54,810 bases of DNA. Source: Macrostomum lignano (taxonomy: Eukaryota). Under the pieces are notes generated by a model. The model did not search any database. It was not told the DNA's origin and saw nothing but the letters and a program-made list of their open reading frames with translations. The translations under genes were made by a program, and so were the position numbers. The stretch spans positions 1 through 54,810 of the forward strand of contig NIVC01004212.1 in NCBI GenBank assembly GCA_002269645.1. The letters run 5' to 3'. How positions within the stretch are numbered: the first letter of the stretch is position 1; every line of letters begins with the position of its first letter. Below, one piece after another: positions 1-10,059 of the stretch.

Positions 1-59
1 AGACAGACAGACAGACAGGCAGAGACAGGCAGACAGACAGGACAGACAGACAGACAGAC

Positions 60-90
<31 letters not shown>

Positions 91-91
91 A

Positions 92-130
<39 letters not shown>

Positions 131-186
131 GAGCGAGACAAGACAGACAGACAGACAGACAGACAGACGCAGACAGGCAGGCAGGC

Positions 187-227
<41 letters not shown>

Positions 228-256
228 AAGACAGACAGACAGACAGACAGACAGAA

Positions 257-296
<40 letters not shown>

Positions 297-303
297 GGAC
301 AGG
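1..303. repeat. (GACA)n microsatellite
   Basis: Direct reading. Confidence 0.97.
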
Positions 304-837
304 CAGACTTGCGCATTACCCGATGCATTTTGGCTCAGCAACCAGCAAAATTTGCGTAATTTCGATTTCCATTAGAAGCTGGCTTTGTAATAGCTTAATC
401 CTCTTCAAACTCTGTTTGATCACCTTTAATAATAAGCCCGTAATTATATAACCTCGAGAAATCCCCTACTTTATTTGCATGTCGAATGCATCTTTCCTAA
501 AGCTGTGTTAATGTTGAAATATTAATTATCGATATAACTCGATGTTTTGCGTCAGAAACGGACATCTGAACATCTTAAAGTAATTAAAGAAACCTTATTC
601 AATTCTTTTACAAAAAGTTTAATTTTACTCTGTACAAGCCCGTACAAGGCTGCCCATATTTATGAAATTGTATGAGATAATTATACACTATTCTCCCCAT
701 ACTACTGACCACTTTCACTAACGTACTTGAAGTAAATGTAGGAAAGTGAATGAAGTTATACTACTCATCATCGAAACTTTAAAAAAAAACCCATGCTAAT
801 AAACTTGTGTTTGTTTTTTCTCGTGTAAAAACTTCAG

Positions 838-3479
838 GAGGACCAGCAATTGGCCAGAACAGTCAATTGCTTGCAGGTAGTACAATTAAATTAATTTAGA
901 TTATATCAAGTTTATTGCTAATATACGCGGCTCACTCTGGACGAATTTCAGCTGCACATTATTGTTTACACTAACTTATCGTTTCTCCATGCACCGAAAA
1001 AGTATAAATTGTAGCTGAAATCAACTTTATGAACCAGCCGATTTTAGATGCTGTAGATAAATTTAGTTTATTTCTAGATCATGATGAACATTAATTGATA
1101 AATATTCGATAGTAATTATCGATTAATGATATCGCACAATTTCTAATGATTGTTCTGATCATTATTTACTTAAACTGTTTTGATTGCGTCGATTTTATTC
1201 TTGCATGTAGTGAGCTAACTGTATATTTTATTGTTTTGTAATGGTATTTTATTGATAACAGGGGCCTTTTTATTCAAGTGTGTACGTTTGATATATAGTA
1301 CACCAACTTGCGGCGCTGCTTCTATAAATAGATGTCGGTTGGAGAAAAATTTTAGCCACGCTGAATGTACACAAGTAAGCCACACTGAACTTAGGTTAAG
1401 GAATGTACACTTTGTTCTAAAAATAGGTCTCAAAAAATCTCTTTCCCTGAATGTACACGATTTTTCTTTCCCACCAAGCCAGCAGGATGTACATGAGGCA
1501 ATGTACAGTAGATCTTTCCGTCCTATGAAAAATAAGACAAGAGATTTCCAAGCCCAGTTAATGAAATCTCTTAACAACAGCCTCCAGAACGCAAGCCAAA
1601 TTTTCAAACCAAAACCCGCAGACTCCCGTGTGGAACTGGAGCTTCGAAGATTCCAACTCGTTGCCGCCGCTAAGCCAGTGCAGTTCAAGGCGCAACATTC
1701 TCACGCGGCAGGGCACATCGAGCTTTGATGAGCCGCCGCCGCCAGATTATATTAGCTCGAGAGCCAGTCCGACAATGATTCAGAAGCAGCAGCAGTTGCA
1801 GCAGGCTCAAACTTTAACCTCGGCGGCTGAGACTTTCCAACAGCGGCTGGCCCGTCATAGGCGACCGGATTTTAAGCACAAAATTCGCGACGCTATCGAT
1901 GGAGTTCGATTTATTGCGGCCAATCTTAAGAAGGACGACGAGAATCAAAGCGTAAGTGCACGTTTTTGCGTGTTTTTTCACCGATTTCAAATGTCATTCT
2001 GCAGAAAAAGCAGACATCTATAGATCTTCGTAAACTCTAGGGGTCACAATCCCGGGATCCCGTAGCATCCCGGATCCCGAATTCAATCCCGAAAGCTAAT
2101 GCTATGTTTTTATAATGTCTGATATAATAGCAATTAGCAAGACAGTTAGGTAAAATATGGATCATACATGGATCCATGTCCACTCTCCGTTTCCCACTTT
2201 GTAAAATCTTTGATGTTTGAGTTCAGCCTTGTTTAAATAATTTAACGTTGATTTTTAATTTTGAAGTCATCGTGCATGTCGTGACAACCTTGACAACTTG
2301 AATGCCCACTGCCCAGACAGTTGTGATTGTGAATGTAATATATAAATTCATATTGCTTTTCACAGTGATACATGTACATTGCATAACCTAATATATGTTA
2401 TACATAAATATATGCATATTACAATATTGATATTACAAGTAGTAATATACTACGAGTATAATAACATCATTGTTATAATGTTAAATATTACATTACCAGC
2501 CTAGCATTACCCCCCTACCAAAACTGTAAGCATTATAAAAAAGTCAGTCGCAGCATTTTTATGACATTATAACAATGTTATGACAATAATGGTACTGGAA
2601 AATATCGACATTTCCAAATCCCGGGATTGACAGAATACGGGATTTTGTGACCCCTAGTAAACTCTTAAATACCAGTAATTCGAATTCGTGCCAAAACCCA
2701 GAAATCTTTTTACCTTCTTGTCAAAGAATTAACCAGTCAAAGATTTGAATGGCGCGAGCCATTTTAAAATTGAAGTCTTATATTACTCGTACGGTAATCT
2801 ATCTTTGACTACCATTTGACTATCATTTATCAAAAACTAAATGATTTCGTTTAGTTTCATTGTATTTTGGCGGGAACTTTTAATGTCGTATTCTAAGGAA
2901 GTAAATGAAATACAAGTTTCTAATATCCGAAGTGTATAGAATTGTCGTTTTAATCCAACTCCAAAAATTTTCTAAGAAGGAAACTAAATATCATGTCCTA
3001 TTCCTTGAAGGTAACCTAAATGATACTTGGATTAAAAATACCTTGCTTTCGAACTTTCAAATTATGATACTTGAATCGCGAATTCGTCAACTTGCCATTT
3101 TTAATAACAAAAAACAGATCCGAGAAGATTGGAAATTCGTGGCAACAGTATTGGACCGGCTATTTCTGTGGATTTTCACCGTTGCCTGCATCATTGGTAG
3201 GCATAATCATATTGGCCATCTGGGTCTGGTATATGTGTACTTTAAAAAAAATAGAAATCACGTAAATTAAAGTGCATGTGCTGGAGGGCGTCATTAATCC
3301 GTTTAATTCTTAAAAAAACCAAATTTCCGAATTCAGGCACGTTTGGAATCATTCTCCAGGCCAGAGCTCTGTACGATACTCGCGAAGCGATGACGTCACC
3401 AACGGTACCGAAAAAGATAAATTTGTTATTCGAAGATAAAAACACCGGAAAAAATACCTCATTCACCGTGAACATCTGA
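838..3479 (+). CDS. Nicotinic acetylcholine receptor subunit, 3' part (end of cytoplasmic loop, MA helix, TM4, C-terminus); 5' exons lie upstream of the window
   Basis: Exons 1622(or 1712)-1951, 3118-3196 and 3337-3479 join with GT-AG sites in phases 0 and 1 to give ...[24 protein letters not shown]|[27 protein letters not shown]|[13 protein letters not shown]...*. This is the typical nAChR MA/TM4 signature. A possible 39-nt exon at 838-876 is less certain. Alpha versus non-alpha cannot be determined because loop C is not in the window. Confidence 0.93.
2038..2656. mobile_element. hAT-type MITE (619 bp) in an nAChR intron
   Basis: TIRs TAGGGGTCACAA...TTGTGACCCCTA; perfect 8-bp TSD GTAAACTC (2030-2037 and 2657-2664); subterminal ATCCCG/CGGGAT repeats; no coding capacity. 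Confidence 0.9.
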
Positions 3480-4050
3480 TTCTCTTCTCTAAACTGTTGC
3501 AACAGAGCAAGTATTAATATTTGATATTAACTCCGATTTATCGTCTGTTTGTTTGTCTGTCTTATATTCTGCTGCTTGATTATATTAAAATCTATCCCAA
3601 TATCTTTTTTCCTTTGTGAATAGAAAATAATAACTAACAAATCCAAGTTCAATTAGAATTCATTTAGAATTGTGATTAACCTTACTGTAGGAATAGTTTA
3701 TAAGCATGCACAATAGCATTGTGCCGCAATTTGCACATAAATCAATATAAATATATTTATTTAATCATTTAAAATTTTCTGTTTGAAGAAATCGGAATTG
3801 GCATACTACGAGTACTACAAGTAGCTGACCGGAGTAATAAAAGACAGTTCACGTATATGCAAAAATGTACCAGAGTAAAATACTTTTTTAAGATTTTTTT
3901 TTACACCAAAAACACAATTTGCTAAGAGAACAAGCATGATTTTGTTACGGAAAACAGATATTATTTTACTGATTCATACGGCAGTAATTCCTGTCCCTAA
4001 GACAGTAAGAGTAGTATATAATAACTTACGCATCTGAGGTGGTGGTCACG

Positions 4051-7000
4051 CAGCAACTGAGGATCTGGGAGGCTGGCCCAGCAACTGAGGATCTGAGAGG
4101 CTGGCCTAACAACTGAGGATCTGGGAGGCTGGCCCAGCAACTGAGGATCTGGGAGGCTGGCCCAGCAACTGAGGATCTGGGAGGCTGGCCCAGCAACTGA
4201 GGATCTGGGAGGCTGGCCTAGCAACTGAGGATCTGGGAGGCTGGCCCAGCAGCTGAGGATCTGGGAGGCTGGCCTAGCAACTGAGGATCTGGGAGGCTGG
4301 CCCAGCAACTGAGGATGTGGGAGGCTGGCCCAGCAACTGAGGATCTGGGAGGCTGGCCCAGCAACTGAGGATCTGGGAGGCTGGCCTAGCAACTGAGGAT
4401 GTGGGAGGCTGGCCCAGCAACTGAGGATCTGGGAGGCTGGCCCAGCAACTGAGGATCTGGGAGGCTGGCCCAGCAACTGAGGATCTGGGAGGCTGGCCCA
4501 GCAACTGAGGATGTGGGAGGCTGGCCCAGCAACTGAGATCTGGGAGGCTGGCCCAGCAACTGAGGATCTGGGAGGCTGGCCTAGCAACTGAGGATGTGGG
4601 AGGCTGGCCCAGCAACTGAGGATGTGGGAGGCTGGCCCAGCAACTGAGGATCTGGGAGGCTGGCCCAGCAACTGAGGATCTGGGAGGCTGGCCTAGCAAC
4701 TGAGGATCTGGGAGGCTGGCCCAGCAACTGAGGATGTGGGAGGCTGGCCCAGCAACTGAGGATCTGGGAGGCTGGCCCAGCAACTGAGGATCTGGGAGGC
4801 TGGCCTAGCAACTGAGGATCTGGGAGGCTGGCCCAGCAACTGAGGATCTGGGAGGCTGGCCCAGCAACTGAGGATGTGGGAGGCTGGCCCAGCAACTGAG
4901 GATCTGGGAGGCTGGCCCAGCAACTGAGGATCTGGGAGGCTGGCCTAGCAACTGAGGATGTGGGAGGCTGGCCCAGCAACTGAGGATGTGGGAGGCTGGC
5001 CCAGCAACTGAGGATCTGGGAGGCTGGCCCAGCAACTGAGGATCTGAGAGGCTGGCCCAGCAACTGAGGATCTGGGAGGCTGGCCCAGCAACTGAGGATC
5101 TGGAGGCTGGCCCAGCAACTGAGGATCTGGGAGGCTGGCCCAGCAACTGAGGATCTGGGAGGCTGGCCCAGCAACTGAGGATCTGGAGGCTGGCCCAGCA
5201 ACTGAGGATCTGGGAGGCTGGCCCAGCAACTGAGGATCTGGGAGGCTGGCCCAGCAACTGAGGATCTGGGAGGCTGGCCCAGCAACTGAGGATCTGGGAG
5301 GCTGGCCCAGCAACTGAGGATCTGGGAGGCTGGCCCAGCAACTGAGGATCTGAGAGGCTGGCCCAGCAACTGAGGATCTGGGAGGCTGGCCCAGCAACTG
5401 AGGATCTGGGAGGCTGGCCCAGCAACTGAGGATCTGGGAGGCTGGCCCAGCAACTGAGGATCTGGGAGGCTGGCCCAGCAACTGAGGATCTGGGAGGCTG
5501 GCCCAGCAACTGAGGATCTGGGAGGCTGGCCCAGCAACTGAGGATCTGGGAGGCTGGCCCAGCAACTGAGGATCTGGGAGGCTGGCCCAGCAACTGAGGA
5601 TCTGGGAGGCTGGCCCAGCAACTGAGGATCTGGGAGGCTGGCCCAGCAACTGAGGATCTGGGAGGCTGGCCCAGCAACTGAGGATCTGGGAGGCTGGCTT
5701 AGCAACTGAGGATCTGGGAGGCTGGCCCAGCAACTGAGGATCTGGGAGGCTGGCCCAGCAGCTGAGGATCTGGGAGGCTGGCCCAGCAACTGAGGATCTG
5801 GGAGGCTGGCCCAGCAACTGAGGATCTGGGAGGCTGGCCCAGCAACTGAGGATCTGGGAGGCTGGCCCAGCAACTGAGGATCTGGGAGGCTGGCCCAGCA
5901 ACTGAGGATCTGGGAGGCTGGCCCAGCAACTGAGGATCTGGGAGGCTGGCCCAGCAACTGAGGATCTGGGAGGCTGGCCCAGCAACTGAGGATCTGGGAG
6001 GCTGGCCCAGCAACTGAGGATCTGGGAGGCTGGCCCAGCAACTGAGGATCTGGGAGGCTGGCCCAGCAGCTGAGGATCTGGGAGGCTGGCCCAGCAACTG
6101 AGGATCTGGGAGGCTGGCCAGCAACTGAGGATCTGGGAGGCTGGCCCAGCAACTGAGGATCTGGGAGGCTGGCCCAGCAGCTGAGGATCTGGGAGGCTGG
6201 CCCAGCAACTGAGGATCTGGGAGGCTGGCCAGCAACTGAGGATCTGGGAGGCTGGCCCAGCAACTGAGGATCTGGGAGGCTGGCCCAGCAACTGAGGATC
6301 TGGGAGGCTGGCCCAGCAACTGAGGATCTGGGAGGCTGGCCCAGCAACTGAGGATCTGGGAGGCTGGCCCAGCAACTGAGGATCTGGGAGGCTGGCCCAG
6401 CAACTGAGGATCTGGGAGGCTGGCCCAGCAACTGAGGATCTGGGAGGCTGGCCCAGCAACTGAGGATCTGGGAGGCTGGCCCAGCAACTGAGGATCTGGG
6501 AGGCTGGCCCAGCAACTGAGGATCTGGGAGGCTGGCCCAGCAACTGAGGATCTGGGAGGCTGGCCCAGCAACTGAGGATCTGGGAGGCTGGCCCAGCAAC
6601 TGAGGATCTGGAGCTGGCCCAGCAACTGAGGATCTGGGAGGCTGGCCCAGCAACTGAGGATCTGGGAGGCTGGCCCAGCAACTGAGGATCTGGGAGGCTG
6701 GCCCAGCAACTGAGGATCTGGGAGCTGGCCCAGCAACTGAGGATCTGGGAGGCTGGCCCAGCAACTGAGGATCTGGGAGGCTGGCCCAGCAACTGAGGAT
6801 CTGGGAGGCTGGCCCAGCAACTGAGGATCTGGGAGGCTGGCCCAGCAACTGAGGATCTGGGAGGCTGGCCCAGCAACTGAGGATCTGGGAGGCTGGCCCA
6901 GCAACTGAGGATCTGGGAGGCTGGCCCAGCAACTGAGGATCTGGGAGGCTGGCCCAGCAACTGAGGATCTGGGAGGCTGGCCCAGCAACTGAGGATCTGG

Positions 7001-9158
7001 GAGGCTGGCCCAGCAACTGAGGATCTGGGAGGCTGGCCCAGCAACTGAGGATCTGGGAGGCTGGCCCAGCAACTGAGGATCTGGGAGGCTGGCCCAGCAA
7101 CTGAGGATCTGGGAGGCTGGCCCAGCAACTGAGGATCTGGGAGGCTGGCCCAGCAACTGAGGATCTGGGAGGCTGGCCCAGCAACTGAGGATCTGGGAGG
7201 CTGGCCCAGCAACTGAGGATCTGGGAGGCTGGCCCAGCAACTGAGGATCTGGGAGGCTGGCCCAGCAACTGAGGATCTGGAGGCTGGCCCAGCAACTGAG
7301 GATCTGGGAGGCTGGCCCAGCAACTGAGGATCTGAGAGGCTGGCCCAGCAACTGAGGATCTGGGAGGCTGGCCCAGCAACTGAGGATCTGGGAGGCTGGC
7401 CCAGCAACTGAGGATCTGGGAGGCTGGCCCAGCAACTGAGGATCTGGGAGGCTGGCCCAGCAACTGAGGATCTGGGAGGCTGGCCCAGCAACTGAGGATC
7501 TGGGAGGCTGGCCCAGCAACTGAGGATCTGGGAGGCTGGCCCAGCAACTGAGGATCTGGGAGGCTGGCCCAGCAACTGAGGATCTGGGAGGCTGGCCCAG
7601 CAACTGAGGATCTGGGAGGCTGGCCTAGCAACTGAGGATCTGGGAGGCTGGCCCAGCAACTGAGGATCTGGGAGGCTGGCCCAGCAACTGAGGATCTGGG
7701 AGGCTGGCCTAGCAACTGAGGATCTGGGAGGCTGGCCTAGCAACTGAGGATCTGGGAGGCTGGCCCAGCAACTGAGGATCTGGGAGGCTGGCCCAGCAAC
7801 TGAGGATCTGGGAGGCTGGCCTAGCAACTGAGGATCTGGGAGGCTGGCCCAGCAACTGAGGATCTGGGAGGCTGGCCCAGCAACTGAGGATCTGGGAGGC
7901 TGGCCCAGCAACTGAGGATCTGGGAGGCTGGCCCAGCAACTGAGGATCTGGGAGGCTGGCCCAGCAACTGAGGATCTGGGAGGCTGGCCCAGCAACTGAG
8001 GATCTGGGAGGCTGGCCCAGCAACTGAGGATCTGGGAGGCTGGCCCAGCAACTGAGGATCTGGGAGGCTGGCCCAGCAACTGAGGATCTGGGAGGCTGGC
8101 CCAGCAACTGAGGATCTGGGAGGCTGGCCCAGCAACTGAGGATCTGGGAGGCTGGCCCAGCAACTGAGGATCTGGGAGGCTGGCCCAGCAACTGAGGATC
8201 TGGGAGGCTGGCCCAGCAACTGAGGATCTGGGAGGCTGGCCCAGCAACTGAGGATCTGGGAGGCTGGCCCAGCAACTGAGGATCTGGGAGGCTGGCCCAG
8301 CAACTGAGGATCTGGGAGGCTGGCCCAGCAACTGAGGATCTGGGAGGCTGGCCCAGCAACTGAGGATCTGGGAGCTGGCCCAGCAACTGAGGATCTGGGA
8401 GGCTGGCCCAGCAACTGAGGATCTGGGAGGCTGGCCCAGCAACTGAGGATCTGGGAGCTGGCCCAGCAACTGAGGATCTGGGAGGCTGGCCCAGCAACTG
8501 AGGATCTGGGAGGCTGGCCCAGCAACTGAGGATCTGGGAGGCTGGCCCAGCAACTGAGGATCTGGGAGGCTGGCCCAGCAACTGAGGATCTGGGAGGCTG
8601 GCCCAGCAACTGAGGATCTGGGAGGCTGGCCCAGCAACTGAGGATCTGGGAGGCTGGCCCAGCAACTGAGGATCTGGGAGGCTGGCCCAGCAACTGAGGA
8701 TCTGGGAGGCTGGCCCAGCAACTGAGGATCTGGGAGGCTGGCCCAGCAACTGAGGATCTGGGAGGCTGGCCCAGCAACTGAGGATCTGGGAGGCTGGCCC
8801 AGCAACTGAGGATCTGGGAGGCTGGCCCAGCAACTGAGGATCTGGGAGGCTGGCCCAGCAACTGAGGATCTGGGAGGCTGGCCCAGCAACTGAGGATCTG
8901 GGAGGCTGGCCCAGCAACTGAGGATCTGGGAGGCTGGCCCAGCAACTGAGGATCTGGGAGGCTGGCCCAGCAACTGAGGATCTGGGAGGCTGGCTGGCCA
9001 GCAACTGAGGATCTGGGAGGCTGGCCCAGCAACTGAGGATCTGGGAGGCTGGCCCAGCAACTGAGGATCTGGGAGGCTGGCCCAGCAACTGAGGATCTGG
9101 GAGGCTGGCCCAGCAACTGAGGATCTGGGAGGCTGGCCCAGCAACTGAAGATCTGGGA
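4051..9158. repeat. 28-bp minisatellite array 1 (CAGCAACTGAGGATCTGGGAGGCTGGCC), ~180 copies
   Basis: 28-bp periodicity; source of the 28-aa repeat pseudo-ORFs on the minus strand. Confidence 0.98.
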
Positions 9159-9639
9159 CACATGATCACTGGAACAGGCAAGAGAATTTCCTCTTGAACT
9201 CTTGAATAACGAACGCAAAAGACACACGCCAAAGTTCTCTGCTGTCAGATTTAACTACAGTTGAGAATTCTATCTCGTGGCAACATGTGTAGAATCACAC
9301 GAACAGAACTCAGCAAGAGCAACCTGATTAAATAAATAGCAAAAAAGAAGCCACGGGAGTCCTCTGAATTGATTTCGAGTACCGAAATCGTTCAGTGTTA
9401 ATCATTTGTAAGAGGGAATCCGGGCTCGTACGTGCCGGTAAAAGTGAAATAATTTATGCAAAATTTACAGAAAATTAGTTTATCTAATGCCACCTTAGTA
9501 ACAAAATTTTACTTGCTGACTCACAGAAGCCAAGTTTAAATTAAACTAAACAAATTAAACAGCTTTTTAAAAGGAAAATTCTCACCTGCTGAATAATTAA
9601 AATGTCTAACAAAATCTCACTTTTAAAATCAATTTGGAT

Positions 9640-10030
9640 TTTCAAACAAGCTACAAAATCTCACCCAGAGAACCTGAACCAACCATTTCTCAAAAAAGCT
9701 CAAAATCTCACCCGTGGACCCATTAGGATTTCAAAAAAGCTCAAAGTTTCACCCTTAGACCCATTAGGATTTTTAAAAAGCTACAAAATCTCACCCTTAG
9801 ACCCATTAGGATTTTTAAAAAGCTACAAAATCTCACCCTTAGACCCATTAGGATTTTTAAAAAGCTACAAAATCTCACCCTTAGACCCATTAGGATTTTT
9901 AAAAAGCTACAAAATCTCACCCTTAGACCCATTAGGATTTCAAAAAAGCTACAAAATCTCTCCGCAGACCCTATTAGAATTGCAAAAAAGCTCCAAAATC
10001 TCACGAAGAACAAAGCAGGATTAAAAAGCT
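9640..10030. repeat. 42-bp tandem repeat (CACCCTTAGACCCATTAGGATTTTTAAAAAGCTACAAAATCT), ~5 good copies plus degenerate flanks, just 3' of nicastrin
   Basis: Direct reading; gives the 14-aa repeat pseudo-ORF. Confidence 0.9.
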
Positions 10031-10059
10031 ACTCAAACTGCCTGTTCAACGACAAGAGT

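Noticed and set aside
1215-1728. 157-aa and 165-aa ORFs upstream of the nAChR loop exon
   Set aside because: AT-rich intronic sequence with no recognisable family; only the frame containing EPPPPDY...DGVRFIA is supported.
4041-4055. GGTKGTCAC(C)GCAGC-like motif at one end of arrays 1 and 2 as a possible insertion target
   Set aside because: Opposite orientation in the two arrays, and the flanks can be read as degenerate repeat units; too short to be significant.
4051-9158. CRISPR-like appearance of the 28-bp array (and of the TGACAAG array at 37.1-37.9 kb)
   Set aside because: Units are head-to-tail without unique spacers, there are no cas genes, and the context is eukaryotic.
3997-9232. 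Very long ORFs (up to 1399 aa) of LGQPPRSSVAGPASQILSCWASLPDPQL repeats
   Set aside because: Translation of the stop-free strand of a 28-bp minisatellite; all frames give the same peptide; no ATG context or unique domain.
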